Part shown: piece after piece, positions 26,914-36,749 of the stretch
Layout of the letters: the number at the start of each line of letters is the position of its first letter
How positions within the stretch are numbered: the stretch's first letter is position 1
NCBI GenBank assembly: GCA_964589825.1
Contig: CAZPUS010000011.1
Span: forward strand, 18,628 to 82,627
DNA length: 64,000 nt
Reading direction: 5' to 3'
Source: an uncultured Fibrobacterota bacterium
GTDB taxonomy: Bacteria; Fibrobacterota; Chitinivibrionia; Chitinivibrionales; WJKA01
Made by a program: the position numbers and the translations under genes
Notes under the pieces: model-generated
Database searches by the model: none
The model's input: the letters and a program-made list of their open reading frames with translations, nothing else
Told to the model about the DNA's origin: nothing

Positions 26914-27516
26914 TTATACGTGGTAGCGGTCGGAAAAAAAAGTGACAATTGCGCTGTCGTAAGTACTCGTGTGTTTAAAGGCCTTGACAGCAAGATCTTG
27001 TCGGGTGGAAAGATCGGTTCCCCCTTCCCGGGATATCTGCTGCGCAATCCGCGGGTAATCGGTCGGTTCGACGACCACGGTGACATACTGGTGGTTTTTT
27101 GCGGCGCTTCGTATCATTGTCGGGCCACCGATATCGATATTCTCGATGGCGTCATTCGTTTCGACATTGGGATCGGCGACTGTTTTTTCAAACGGATAGA
27201 GATTCACGACCACGAGATCGATTGGCGCAATGGAATGGTCCCGGCTTTCGTGTATATCGCCGTCGTGGTCCCGGCGGAAAAGAAGACCCCCGTGGATTTT
27301 GGGGTGAAGCGTCTTGACGCGTCCATCAAAGATTTCCGGAGAGCCGGTATACTCACTTACCGCAGTAACGGCGACGCCTCCCTGTGTCAGAGCACGCGCC
27401 GTTCCTCCGGTGGAGAGGATCTCTATTTTATGGGATTGCAGAGTTTGTGCGAACTCAACCACCCCCTCTTTATTTGATACGCTTATCAGTGCACGACGAA
27501 TGGGGCTTTTTTCCAT
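26914..27516 (-). CDS. IMP cyclohydrolase domain protein (PurH N-terminal MGS-like domain only)
   Basis: 200-aa ORF matching the first ~200 residues of bifunctional PurH ([15 protein letters not shown]; STGGTA; [15 protein letters not shown]; LVVVNLYPF; [16 protein letters not shown]). The ORF stops there, and topA begins 82 bp downstream, so no AICAR transformylase domain follows. Confidence 0.75.
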   Translation of the reverse strand: MEKSPIRRALISVSNKEGVVEFAQTLQSHKIEILSTGGTARALTQGGVAVTAVSEYTGSPEIFDGRVKTLHPKIHGGLLFRRDHDGDIHESRDHSIAPIDLVVVNLYPFEKTVADPNVETNDAIENIDIGGPTMIRSAAKNHQYVTVVVEPTDYPRIAQQISREGGTDLSTRQDLAVKAFKHTSTYDSAIVTFFSDRYHV

Positions 27517-27560
27517 ATATTAGTTCCCTCGGATAATGAAACATAAGTAATAAAATTATA

Positions 27561-27723
27561 CCTGAATTGAGCGAGTTTGTTTGCGGGATCTGCTGCCGGC
27601 CGTACTTCTCTTATAATTTCGAAACCTATGAGACAACCAACAAAGTCGCACCATAATATTCGAGAACACAACAGCAGCGCGGCTCACCGCAGCTTTTATC
27701 AAAATAACCGCTCAATATTAGGT
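27561..27723 (+). mobile_element. TIR element copy E (reference copy)
   Basis: The 163-bp sequence runs CCTGAATTGAGCGAGTTTGTTTGCG...CAAAATAACCGCTCAATATTAGGT. It is flanked by a perfect direct repeat TATA (27557-27560 and 27724-27727). Confidence 0.85.
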
Positions 27724-27994
27724 TATATAAAATGGTTTATTGTACATGCCGGGGGCAAATCGGCTGCGTGCGATCGATCCCGATTAGCTGTTATCCAGAG
27801 ACAGAACCTTGTGGTATCTCAATCGGCAAAAGTGGAAACTCCCTGTCTTCAGGATAAAGAATGGGCATGCGCAGTGGAAATGCCTTAAGTGTCAAAAAAA
27901 GGTGGGAAGCCTCCGACCTAACCTTTGCCGGTATCAGTCGATAGACGGACAGCCCTCGACATTGAGCCGAGGGCGCTTTGGCTGCGACGCAGGA

Positions 27995-28198
27995 TTATAT
28001 CTTTCCCGACTGTACCAGCTGTGCGAAGTTTCCGAATGATCTGTCATACGTACGCTCCACATCATCGGGGAATACGCATGCAGGCAGTTCCCGGGCACGA
28101 AGATGATACTGCAGGCATTCGCAGCAACGTCCCTTTCGCGGGCATGGTTCGTAGGTACAATTACAATGCTGCATGTTTTTTTCCTGGCTGCATTCCAT
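27995..28198 (-). CDS. Small cysteine-rich protein (DUF6485-like)
   Basis: The last 67 codons of tracked ORF 27995..28495 read [55 protein letters not shown]..., which I recognise as a small conserved Cys-rich family. The upstream part of the tracked ORF runs through repeat copy F and is not coding. Confidence 0.6.
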   Translation of the reverse strand: MECSQEKNMQHCNCTYEPCPRKGRCCECLQYHLRARELPACVFPDDVERTYDRSFGNFAQLVQSGKI

Positions 28199-28271
28199 AC
28201 GGCACCTCCAGTATGTTTTATGGTGACGGGTGTTCGGTAAATACACTATTTTTCCATGGATAAAAATACAA

Positions 28272-28430
28272 CCTGAACAGAGGGTTGTATTGATAAACGC
28301 TGCGGTGAACCGTGCTGCTGTTGCGTTTCGGAAATGACAGGAGAACACTTTGACGGGATCTTTATTTCCGGGGATGCAGGTGCAGTGCTGATGGAGGCAG
28401 ATAACGCACACAACATCGTACAGTTCAGGC
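28272..28430 (-). mobile_element. TIR element copy F (inverted orientation)
   Basis: It is the reverse complement of the family (CCTGAACAGAGGGTTGTATTGATAAACGCTGCGGTGAACCGTGCTGCTGTTG...CGTACAGTTCAGGC). It is flanked by a perfect direct repeat ACAA (28268-28271 and 28431-28434). Confidence 0.85.
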
Positions 28431-28493
28431 ACAAGCTGATTTGTAATGGCGTGGCGGCTACTCATGTAATCCGAAAATAGCAGAGGGGAATGC

Positions 28494-29480
28494 ATGGATC
28501 AAATGCACTTTTATACCGATATCGTATTTCTCAATGTGCTGCTTATGGCGGCGGGCTTCCTCATGCTTGTCAAAGGCAGTGACTGGTTCGTGGAATCATC
28601 CGCCGATATCTCACGAAAGTACAATATTCCGCAGATGGTCGTCGGACTTACTATCGTGAGTATCGGAACCTCGCTTCCGGAGCTTGCGACCAACGTGTAC
28701 GCCACCATTACCGGCGAGGTAGGTATTGCACTCGGAAACATTCTGGGAAGTAACATCGCCAATGTATATCTGGTACTGGGTATCGCGGTGGTCTTGTATG
28801 GCAGAATATCGATTTCGCGTAAGTTTCTTAACAGAGATGGATTGTTTCTTCTTGGAATTTATCTGCTTTTTGCGGTTTTTGCCTGGTTCCCCGCCGACAC
28901 TCATATGCTCAACACCATGGAATGCGGGGTGTTTCTCCTACTGCTGGTGGGCTATTGCGTATATCTTTTTACCAATACCGATGTAATGCAAGAGGAGATG
29001 CCGGAAGAAGCGAAGCATGTTCATTTTACCCGTGCGAGCGTGGCATGGTTGTTTCTTGGTGTCGGGCTGATCTGCATAATTGTCGGTGCAAAGCTCATTG
29101 TCGATAATGTGGTCAAGATCGCGAATGATTTCGATATTCCCAAACCGATAATTTCGGCTACGGTTGTGGCATTCGGAACTTCGGTTCCCGAGCTTGCGGT
29201 TACTATCTCCGGGGTGATTAAAAAGAAAAACGCGATCGCGCTCGGCAATATAGTCGGAAGCTGTATTTTCAACATCCTGCTGGTACTCGGCGCGGTGGGA
29301 GTGCTCAGTAATGTGGATGTGGATTCGAATTCAATGTTCTTTCTTACCCCGCTTATGGTATCCTCAGGAGCGTTGCTGTTGCTGTTTATGCGCACCGGAA
29401 GGGCGCTGGTCAGAGTTGAAGGGGTGGTTTTTCTGGTGTTGTATTCGGCGTATATCGCGTATAATGTGGTGTTGATGTAA
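28494..29480 (+). CDS. Ca2+/cation (Na+) antiporter, CaCA family (YrbG-like)
   Basis: 328-aa polytopic ORF with the two alpha-repeat signatures [11 protein letters not shown] and [11 protein letters not shown]. Confidence 0.8.
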   Translation: MDQMHFYTDIVFLNVLLMAAGFLMLVKGSDWFVESSADISRKYNIPQMVVGLTIVSIGTSLPELATNVYATITGEVGIALGNILGSNIANVYLVLGIAVVLYGRISISRKFLNRDGLFLLGIYLLFAVFAWFPADTHMLNTMECGVFLLLLVGYCVYLFTNTDVMQEEMPEEAKHVHFTRASVAWLFLGVGLICIIVGAKLIVDNVVKIANDFDIPKPIISATVVAFGTSVPELAVTISGVIKKKNAIALGNIVGSCIFNILLVLGAVGVLSNVDVDSNSMFFLTPLMVSSGALLLLFMRTGRALVRVEGVVFLVLYSAYIAYNVVLM

Positions 29481-29505
29481 TCAAGAGGGAGGTCATTTAC
29501 GTACA

Positions 29506-30120
29506 ATGAAGGTTCAGCGGTTTGATACCGGGATAAAAATAAAAACAATCTTTACGGCCGGAATCGTTGCGGCACTGGCATGTATTTATTGTGCCGGACC
29601 GTCCACCACCCGTGCAGAACAATGGTATCCGGATACCTGGTATTCCGAGGACAATGTATACCAGAATCGTGCACTTGGCTTCAGCCTGCATTTCAAAGGA
29701 AGATGGCATATTGTGACAGAACCGGAGGATATGAATGAAACCGGGCGGGATTTTTTTGCGCAACTGCATGAGTCGAGCTCTGAGCTCCTTTTTATGGGCA
29801 CTACCGCTGATAGTGCAAAAGCGTGTCTCGGTATCGCAAGCCAGCTCAATTATCCTAATCGTCTTTTTGCGCAGAAGACACGTGAGGCGAATCTGGAAGA
29901 TATCGATCAGGATTACGGCCTCAGCCAGTTCATTGCCCATAAACATGATATGGTAAAGTGGGAGTACCGAATAGGATCCCACTCTTTTGTCGAGTTCTTT
30001 TTTTTACACGATACGTACAATGTCCGCATTCGATTCTGGACCAAAGCGCGTATTTTTAGTAATTTTCTGCCTGTGTTCGAAGGGATAATGACATCGCTGG
30101 AGTATACGTACGGTTATTGA
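29506..30120 (+). CDS. Hypothetical exported protein
   Basis: 204-aa ORF with an N-terminal hydrophobic segment (IFTAGIVAALACIYCAG). I recognise no family. It starts 26 nt after the antiporter gene. Confidence 0.45.
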   Translation: MKVQRFDTGIKIKTIFTAGIVAALACIYCAGPSTTRAEQWYPDTWYSEDNVYQNRALGFSLHFKGRWHIVTEPEDMNETGRDFFAQLHESSSELLFMGTTADSAKACLGIASQLNYPNRLFAQKTREANLEDIDQDYGLSQFIAHKHDMVKWEYRIGSHSFVEFFFLHDTYNVRIRFWTKARIFSNFLPVFEGIMTSLEYTYGY

Positions 30121-30289
30121 GCTGCCACTCTTTTATGCCCTGAAGGTATAGGTCGCAACTCATACAGCAAATACCCGCGTGCTCAAATGGAATCCGGGTT
30201 TTTAATGATTCCATTATGCATCACGGCTTCCACGATTGATGAGGAGACGTCTGTTTTTCGGCTGGGCGCCGGTACGAAATGTATTTTTA

Positions 30290-30392
30290 ACTGAATTGAG
30301 CGATTGCGTTAATATACGCTGCGGTGGGTCGTGCTGTGGTTGTATTCTTCCAAATATGGTGTCTTGCGGGTGGTCTGCGTATAATTTCAGGA
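30290..30392 (-). repeat. Internally deleted copy of the TIR element (copy G, inverted orientation)
   Basis: ACTGAATTGAGCGATTGCGTTAATATACGCTGCGGTGGGTCGTGCTGTGGTTGT...ATAATTTCAGGA retains both ends and the CTGCGGTG core but is only ~103 bp long. Confidence 0.6.
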
Positions 30393-30554
30393 TCAAAAAC
30401 CAGTGCGGAAGAGAGCTGCGGAGTGTATACCTGCATAAGCGACGTTGAGATGTGAGAGCGTGTATTGTCGTATTCGTATCTCAGAGCCCCTTGATTTTTT
30501 ACAGGTAACCATCACTACAGCCGATGATGTCTCACCTTACACGATAGAGCGATT

Positions 30555-31034
30555 GTGATTAAGTTTTCAACAAAATGCCGCTATGGTCTCCGGGCGCTTG
30601 CCACTATTGCCAGGTCGCCGGAAGATGTCCCGGTCAAAGGCAGAGAGATCGCGCGGCAGCAGCATTTTTCAGAGAGTTATCTTGAAAACATATGCATGAT
30701 ACTTAAATCAAAAGGATTTATAGCCACAGTGCGTGGAGCACACGGCGGGTATATGCTTGCTCGCAGCGCCTCGCAGATCGTGATCCGCGATGTGGTCGAA
30801 GCGCTCGAGGGTCCGATATCACTGGTCGATTGTCTGGATGACTGCAAACGCTGTACTCATGAAGACGATTGTGTAACCAGGGCTATGTGGAAAACACTGC
30901 GACACGCCATTGTCGGGATACTCGACAAGATGACGCTGGAGGACCTGCTTCAATTTTCGGATACAAAAAGCGAGCGGATTCTTAAAAATGCGCTCTATTC
31001 CTGGATTTGTGAAGATGGCGAAAAACCGGTATAA
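30555..31034 (+). CDS. Rrf2-family transcriptional regulator (IscR/NsrR-like)
   Basis: 159-aa ORF with a GTG start. It has an Rrf2 wHTH N-terminus (STKCRYGLRALATIA...YLENICMILKSKGFIATVRGAHGGYML) and a C-x-C-x5-6-C cluster region (CLDDCKRCTHEDDC), consistent with Fe-S ligation. Confidence 0.8.
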   Translation: MIKFSTKCRYGLRALATIARSPEDVPVKGREIARQQHFSESYLENICMILKSKGFIATVRGAHGGYMLARSASQIVIRDVVEALEGPISLVDCLDDCKRCTHEDDCVTRAMWKTLRHAIVGILDKMTLEDLLQFSDTKSERILKNALYSWICEDGEKPV

Positions 31035-31044
31035 GTTACTGTTA

Positions 31045-31206
31045 CCTAAATTGAGCGATTTTATTTGCGAAATCTGCTGCAATCCGCATTCCTCTTATTT
31101 TCTCTAAAACCATGAGATAACCAACAAGGTTGCCCCATACTTTTCGAGACCACAATAGCAGCACGACTCACCGCAGCGTTCATCGACACAATTGCTCAAT
31201 TCAGGT
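31045..31206 (+). mobile_element. TIR element copy H (Rrf2-nadA spacer)
   Basis: CCTAAATTGAGCGATTTTATTTGCGAAATCTGCTGCAATCCGCA...CTCACCGCAGCGTTCATCGACACAATTGCTCAATTCAGGT. The flanking 4-mers are GTTA/TTTA (3 of 4 identical). Confidence 0.8.
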
Positions 31207-31245
31207 TTTACACATATTCATTCACATTGTTGGAAAAAACCGCGT

Positions 31246-32145
31246 ATGAAAGATATCCTTGGGACGTTGAAAAAAGAGCGCAATGCGGTAATCCTCGCAC
31301 ATAATTATGAAGAAGCAGCGGTACAGGATCTTGCCGATTTTGTGGGCGACTCGCTCGAATTGAGTCGAAAAGCCGCACAAACCGATGCAGAAGTGATCGT
31401 TTTCTGCGGTGTGCGATTCATGGCGGAAACCGCGAAAATCCTTGCCCCTGACAGGACCGTATTGCTTCCGGTGGCCGAGGCCGGTTGCCCCATGGCGGAC
31501 ATGATAACCGTATCTGCGCTGCAGCAGCTTACCGATGCGCATCCCGACGCAACAGTCGTGTGTTACGTAAATACTTCTGCAGAGGTAAAGGCGCATAGTG
31601 ACATATGCTGTACCTCGTCCAATGCGGTGGAAGTGGTTCAAAACGCATGCCCGGAAGATCGGGAAGTTATTTTCATCCCGGACAAAAACCTGGCAGCGAA
31701 TACCGCCCGGGCACTCGGACGCAGTTTTATCGTATGGCAGGGGTATTGCCCCGTACACGCGGCAATGACACTGCACGATCTCTCATGCATTCGGCAGCAG
31801 CACCCCGAGGCACTGGTTATGGTACATCCGGAATGCGATCCGGCGGTATGTGAGCGTGCGGATGCGGTGGTTTCAACTGGTGGTATGTGTCGCTATGCGC
31901 GCCAAAACCGGGCATCCGAAATAATCGTCGGTACTGAAGTGGGTATGTTGTATCGGCTGCAAAAGGAAAATCCTCGGACGCGTTTTTATCCTCTGTCTGA
32001 CAGAGCAGTATGCGCGGACATGAAGCGTATCGGCCCCGAGACCGTTATTTCGTCCTTAAAGGAGAACAGGCATGAAATCACTCTTTCGGAGGAGGTGATT
32101 CACTATGCACGAAAAAGCATTACACGGATGCTTGACATACGCTGA
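31246..32145 (+). CDS. nadA: Quinolinate synthase
   Basis: NadA blocks are present (ILAHNY; FVGDSLELS; FCGVRFMAETAKIL; AGCPMADM; VCYVNTSAEVKA; CTSSNA; HPEC). I place the start at the Met at 31246 (MKDILGTLKKE...), because the tracked TTG start at 31192 lies inside repeat copy H. Confidence 0.9.
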   Translation: MKDILGTLKKERNAVILAHNYEEAAVQDLADFVGDSLELSRKAAQTDAEVIVFCGVRFMAETAKILAPDRTVLLPVAEAGCPMADMITVSALQQLTDAHPDATVVCYVNTSAEVKAHSDICCTSSNAVEVVQNACPEDREVIFIPDKNLAANTARALGRSFIVWQGYCPVHAAMTLHDLSCIRQQHPEALVMVHPECDPAVCERADAVVSTGGMCRYARQNRASEIIVGTEVGMLYRLQKENPRTRFYPLSDRAVCADMKRIGPETVISSLKENRHEITLSEEVIHYARKSITRMLDIR

Positions 32146-32347
32146 AGGTCGTATCGTTTTCGGCAGCTGTGCAGGGGAAGAAGGGATTATGTATTTTTAA
32201 GGGCGTGTTTTTTATATTACTCCGCGCATGAGGGCGTATCGGCGGGATGGGGTGACTGCCTCTGTGCAGTGACAACTCGATGGCGCAGATTGCAGACGCT
32301 TTTGCGATTAAAGGAGCGCCATTGGCGCATAAATAATCGAATTCAAA

Positions 32348-32509
32348 TTTGAATTGCGTGATTGTTTTCATGAAAGCTGCAGTGTGCCGCCCTGTTATTA
32401 TGTTCTCATAAATGACAGGTCAATCTTGTTGGGTGGTGCATCATTTACGGGAGCACAAGTGCAGTGTGGATGGCAGCAAGTTTCACGAATAAAATCGCAC
32501 AGTTCAGGT
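32348..32509 (-). mobile_element. TIR element copy I (inverted orientation, nadA-metA spacer)
   Basis: It is the reverse complement of the family (TTTGAATTGCGTGATTGTTTTCATGAAAGCTGCAGTGTGCCGCCCTGTTATTATGTTCTC...AAAATCGCACAGTTCAGGT). The flanking 4-mers are CAAA/CACA (3 of 4 identical). Confidence 0.7.
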
Positions 32510-32540
32510 CACACATTAAAGTTACCCGGCAGCTTTTATC

Positions 32541-33434
32541 ATGACTATAGTAGTTCCCAAGGATTATCATTTAATCAACGCACTGGAGCAGCGGCGCGTA
32601 GAATGCATCGATCAGACGAGAGCGCTTCGGGAAGAAATCCGGGCCTTACGTGTTGGTATTCTGAACATTATGCCGCAGGCAGAACAATATGAATACCATT
32701 TGCTCGTACCGCTTGGCAGAAGTGTTATACAGATCGAGCCGGTATGGCTTCGGCTCAAATCGCATAATTATTCAAGCAGCAGCAGAGAGCATCTCGACAA
32801 TGTATATGTCACTTTTGAGCAGGCGAATACCGAACGCCATCTTGACGGTTTGCTCGTGACCGGTGCGCCGGTGGAGGAAATCCCCTTCGAGGATGTGTCA
32901 TACTGGAATGAAATTATCGAGATTATGACCTTTGCACAACACTACAATATTCCCACTCTTGGTATATGCTGGGGTGGGCTTGCACTGGCCAGGTTTCTCG
33001 GGATGGAAAAAGTGAAGTACGACAGGAAGCTGTTCGGGGTATATGAAACCAGAAATGTCGATCGTACACATCGAATTACCGGTGAAATGGATGATGTGTT
33101 CTGGTGTCCCCAGAGCAGACATTCCGGCATCCGAAATCAGGTGCTCGAGCAACAGAGTAAGCAAGGCAATATCAGGCTGCTGGCCTATTCGGATGAGGCG
33201 GGCTACGTTATATTCGAAAGTATGGATGGGATTTTTCTCATGCATCTGGGTCACCTCGAGTATGATGCTACCCGTCTTGTAGAGGAATATTACCGGGATA
33301 AAAAGAAGGGCCGTACCGATGTAGAGCCGCCAAAGAATCTTGATCTGAACAATCCGGTCAATCGGTGGCGCGCGCATTCGCTGGAATTTTTTCAACAGTG
33401 GATTAAATACCTTCACGACAGAGTCGCGTTCTGA
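32541..33434 (+). CDS. metA: Homoserine O-acyltransferase (MetA family; succinyl or acetyl donor not determinable)
   Basis: 297-aa ORF with MetA blocks (ALRVGILNIMP; GLLVTGAPVEEIPFEDVSYWNE; the active-site GICWGG; PQSRHS). Confidence 0.9.
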   Translation: MTIVVPKDYHLINALEQRRVECIDQTRALREEIRALRVGILNIMPQAEQYEYHLLVPLGRSVIQIEPVWLRLKSHNYSSSSREHLDNVYVTFEQANTERHLDGLLVTGAPVEEIPFEDVSYWNEIIEIMTFAQHYNIPTLGICWGGLALARFLGMEKVKYDRKLFGVYETRNVDRTHRITGEMDDVFWCPQSRHSGIRNQVLEQQSKQGNIRLLAYSDEAGYVIFESMDGIFLMHLGHLEYDATRLVEEYYRDKKKGRTDVEPPKNLDLNNPVNRWRAHSLEFFQQWIKYLHDRVAF

Positions 33435-33450
33435 AAACGCAGTACGGGAG

Positions 33451-34347
33451 TTGCGTATGTCTATGAGTAAATGGATCAACGAATCTATTCCACAGGTAGT
33501 ATCCACCCTCGAACAACGAATACTCAAGGGCATACATATAGAATCGGAAAGTGGTCTCAATCTTACTGGACGACAGACGATATATGCATTGCTGGACGAT
33601 ATCCTGGCCGCACTTTTTCCAAGTGTATATAGCAAAGAGAAGGTGTCAGAGGAGAATCTGAGCTATTTTCTCGATAACTATCTCCGGCATATAGGCTTCG
33701 AGCTCCCCAGGCTTCTGCAGGAGGTGCTCGAACATTACTGCGAGGAAAAAGAGTGCGGGCAATGCACCTGTCCCGAAAAGGCACAACGTGTATCACGAGA
33801 ACTTATTCAGGCACTGCCGAGACTCAGAAGCGAGCTTGCCGCCGACATCGGCGTGGCGTTCGAAAGCGATCCCGCGTCGAGGTCGGCAGGAGAGGTACTG
33901 TTGAGTTATCCCGGAATAGAAGCGATCGCCACCTTTCGCATTGCGCACGAGCTCTATGTAAACGACATACCGATTATTCCCCGCTTAATGACCGAACGAG
34001 CCCACTCACGTACCGGCATTGACATTCATCCGGGCGCATCCATAGGCACGTCTTTTTTCATAGACCATGGAACCGGCGTGGTTATCGGGGAAACGACGAC
34101 CATAGGGACGAATGTCAAAATTTACCAGGGGGTTACTCTTGGTGCACTTTCACCGCTGGATAAAAGCGGGAAGGCACGCCGCGGGAAAAAACGGCATCCG
34201 GATATCGAGGACGAAGTGATAATCTATGCCAATGCTACGATCCTCGGTGGCAAAACCCGTATCGGCAGAGGCAGTATTATAAGCGGTAACTCATGGATTA
34301 CCAGTTCCGTGCCTCCGGGAAGTGTAGTGCGAAACGGTGTGATATAA
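33451..34347 (+). CDS. cysE: Serine O-acetyltransferase (long N-terminal form)
   Basis: 298-aa ORF with the SATase N-domain and left-handed beta-helix hexapeptide repeats (RTGIDIHPGASIGTSFFIDHGTGVVIGETTTIGTNVKIYQGVTLGA). Confidence 0.85.
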   Translation: MRMSMSKWINESIPQVVSTLEQRILKGIHIESESGLNLTGRQTIYALLDDILAALFPSVYSKEKVSEENLSYFLDNYLRHIGFELPRLLQEVLEHYCEEKECGQCTCPEKAQRVSRELIQALPRLRSELAADIGVAFESDPASRSAGEVLLSYPGIEAIATFRIAHELYVNDIPIIPRLMTERAHSRTGIDIHPGASIGTSFFIDHGTGVVIGETTTIGTNVKIYQGVTLGALSPLDKSGKARRGKKRHPDIEDEVIIYANATILGGKTRIGRGSIISGNSWITSSVPPGSVVRNGVI

Positions 34348-34382
34348 ATTCGAAGGCGAGATCGCGCCGCACGAATGGAGGG

Positions 34383-36617
34383 TTATGATGACCCTTCAGA
34401 AACATGTACTGCCCCGATAAGTTCTCCGTACTCCCCGTTTCCGTACAGCCGCGTGTACGTCCAGTAATTTGCCAGTACCTTCTTTACATACTTTCGGGTT
34501 TCACTATAGGAGATATTTTCCACGAATATGTCGAAGGAGCAGCCTTTGTTGGCATTGTACCAGCGGCTTGCATTGCCGGGCCCGGCGTTGTAGGCGGAAA
34601 GTGCAAGGACTTTGTTGTTGTCGTATTTGTCCAGAAGCATACCCAGATAATAGGTGCCGAATTTTACATTGTACTTTCCGTGGTATAATGAGTCGACCGC
34701 ATATTGTGTTTCGCCCAGTGTTTGTGCCACATCCTTGGCGGTATAGGGCATGAGCTGCATGAGTCCTATCGCACCCACCGGAGAGACGATTTCCATGTCG
34801 AAAATGCTTTCCTGGCGCATTACTGAGTAGACCAGAAGCGGATCAACGCCATGGGTACGCGCATGTGATATCACCGTGGATTTGAAGGGTGTTGGGTACA
34901 GCATTTTATAGAGCCGGCGGGGCATGTTCGGACGGGTATGCAGAGGCACGTTCCAGTATATTTCCCTGGTACTTCTGTACGAATAGGTGGGATTGCGATA
35001 ATAGGAGAAGACGTGCGCCAGAAAAAACTGCAGGCGCCTGTTGTTCTGATAGGTGTAGGAAAGCGGATTAAGATAATATTCTGACTGCGTCTCCAGACCG
35101 CACAAGGCAAGCTGTGTACCCGCATAAAGCCGTGCACTGTCTGTCGGAGTGAGAGAGGCGCCGTTTTCTCCTCCGCTGTGGTTAACGAGCCAGTCCAGTG
35201 CCGCAGAATCGCTCTCTACCGCCGAGAATGCCGGGATATGAGATGAATCTCTCATGATGTAGAGCATTTCCCGTGCGCGGTAGGAGTAATAATCGGTTAT
35301 TGAGTACGAGAAGATCTTTCTGAGTGACTGCGATGCGTGCTCATACCGGTGCAGTCTGAACAGAGATTTTGCCTTCCAGTAATATGCGCCGCACCGCAGG
35401 CTGGATCGGGGATAGGTCCTAATAAAAGAGTCGAAGTGTGCGCGTGCTTTTTCATACTTTTCGAGTTTATAGTAGCATAACCCGGCCCGGAAAAACGCAT
35501 CATCGGCTTTTGAACTGTGACCGTAACGCTGGTGCAGTGTAGTAAAAAGCTGGGCTGCGCCATCCAGATTTCCGCTCTCTTCTTTCTGCCAGGCGCGATA
35601 CCACAGGATATTTGCGGTCATTGCGTGGCGGGGGAATTTTTCGATATGCATATCGTACCAGTGGGTCGATCTGGCTCGCTGCCCGATATATCGGTAGTTT
35701 CGGGCAAGGGTTATGATAATTTCAGGCACCGCGGAAAATTCCTCGAGATAGGTCTTTGCCCATCGTATCGATTTATGATAATTTTTCAGCTTGTAATTGA
35801 GTCGGCAGCGATATTCGAGATATTCACGACGTGAAACCGAGGCGTTGAAATCGGCTCGATCCAGCGCGTTATGCAGCCATCTGCTGGCGATATCGTATTT
35901 CCGGCATTTACAGAAGTATTCGGACAGCTGAAAAAGGCGGGCGGTGGAAAAGGCAGAGTCGGGGATATCACACGCATCGATTTTGCTTACCAAGCTGCAT
36001 ATATGCGCCTGCGCATTCATAGCACCCAGCTTCGAAAGAAGGCTGTCGAGTTTGTCCCATCTGCGTGTTTCGACCATGTCGTCAATCAGATTTTGCAGCA
36101 CATTTTTGGCGCTGCGCACCGGTTCGGTGGCAAAAAAGGCATAATTGAACCAGCGAAGCCGGGCCCGAAGCGACGAGTCGCGGTTGGCATGCGCGAAGAT
36201 ATGTTTTTGCAAATGAATCTTATACCGGTAGGGTATCGGCTGTGATGCCGCGCTTCGATAGGCGCTGATCGCATAATCGGTACCGTGCAGCTGCTGCTGT
36301 GCACGGCCGATGTGTTCATAGGCACACGGCATCAGCGCACTGTGTGTGCGGGCACTTTTTTTTAGGTAGTGAAGTGCTTCGTGATACTTGTGTGTGTTGA
36401 GATAGGCGATACCGAGCGTGAAGCTACGTCCTGCAGAGTCGGTTATTACACTGTCCGCCTGCATGAGGGCAATTGCTGCGTCATAATCGCCGTGCGCCAT
36501 TTGCTGCGCACCGGTTTCGTACACCGGGCACAGCCCGAAGGCATCAAGCGACAGTGCTCCGCAGAGACCGACAGCGCTCAGAACTATCGATACAGTTGAA
36601 TAGAGTGTTCGGTGCAT
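34383..36617 (-). CDS. Soluble lytic murein transglycosylase (Slt70-like: superhelical N-domain plus C-terminal SLT domain)
   Basis: 744-aa ORF with a signal peptide, a long TPR/alpha-superhelical region and a C-terminal SLT catalytic block (VMRQESIFDMEIVSPVGAIGLMQLMPYTA...AYNAGPGNASRW). Confidence 0.85.
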   Translation of the reverse strand: MHRTLYSTVSIVLSAVGLCGALSLDAFGLCPVYETGAQQMAHGDYDAAIALMQADSVITDSAGRSFTLGIAYLNTHKYHEALHYLKKSARTHSALMPCAYEHIGRAQQQLHGTDYAISAYRSAASQPIPYRYKIHLQKHIFAHANRDSSLRARLRWFNYAFFATEPVRSAKNVLQNLIDDMVETRRWDKLDSLLSKLGAMNAQAHICSLVSKIDACDIPDSAFSTARLFQLSEYFCKCRKYDIASRWLHNALDRADFNASVSRREYLEYRCRLNYKLKNYHKSIRWAKTYLEEFSAVPEIIITLARNYRYIGQRARSTHWYDMHIEKFPRHAMTANILWYRAWQKEESGNLDGAAQLFTTLHQRYGHSSKADDAFFRAGLCYYKLEKYEKARAHFDSFIRTYPRSSLRCGAYYWKAKSLFRLHRYEHASQSLRKIFSYSITDYYSYRAREMLYIMRDSSHIPAFSAVESDSAALDWLVNHSGGENGASLTPTDSARLYAGTQLALCGLETQSEYYLNPLSYTYQNNRRLQFFLAHVFSYYRNPTYSYRSTREIYWNVPLHTRPNMPRRLYKMLYPTPFKSTVISHARTHGVDPLLVYSVMRQESIFDMEIVSPVGAIGLMQLMPYTAKDVAQTLGETQYAVDSLYHGKYNVKFGTYYLGMLLDKYDNNKVLALSAYNAGPGNASRWYNANKGCSFDIFVENISYSETRKYVKKVLANYWTYTRLYGNGEYGELIGAVHVSEGSS

Positions 36618-36749
36618 ACTATCCCGTTACTGCCGTCAGGCATTGAATGCCCTTGATTGGTTTTTGGATGTAGCGTATTTCTGTTATATATAGTACGTAT
36701 ACGCCATATAAAAATATTATTTTGCATCGGGTGGTATTGGTGAATTGGA

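Noticed and set aside
27557-28434. Copies E(+) and F(-) bracket the small Cys-rich gene in inverted orientation, suggesting a composite transposon. G/H bracket the Rrf2 gene in the same way, and H/I bracket nadA.
   Set aside because: E and F each carry their own, different, perfect flanking duplication (TATA and ACAA). The outer flanks do not match each other. These are therefore independent insertions rather than one composite unit.
28199-28495. An N-terminal extension of the 166-aa tracked ORF 27995..28495.
   Set aside because: The upstream 99 codons run straight through repeat copy F (28272-28430) and have no protein-like composition. The recognisable Cys-rich domain starts at the Met at 28198.
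32146-32347. I looked for a SAM riboswitch in the metA leader, and for a ZTP/purine riboswitch upstream of the IMP cyclohydrolase gene (27517-27994).
   Set aside because: I could not find the conserved cores on the relevant strands (SAM-I GAGGGA...GCAACC...GGTGCTAA; ZTP GGGTCG...CCGCCTGGGC; purine TATA...GTTTCTACC). Only short generic hairpins are present, such as GCGCCATTGGCGC and GCCCTCG...CGAGGGC. An Infernal scan would be decisive.
31192-32692. The tracked TTG start of nadA at 31192, and the tracked ORF 32354..32692 upstream of and overlapping metA.
   Set aside because: Both begin inside repeat copies (H and I). The conserved NadA sequence begins at the Met at 31246. ORF 32354..32692 is repeat sequence plus an out-of-frame read of metA.
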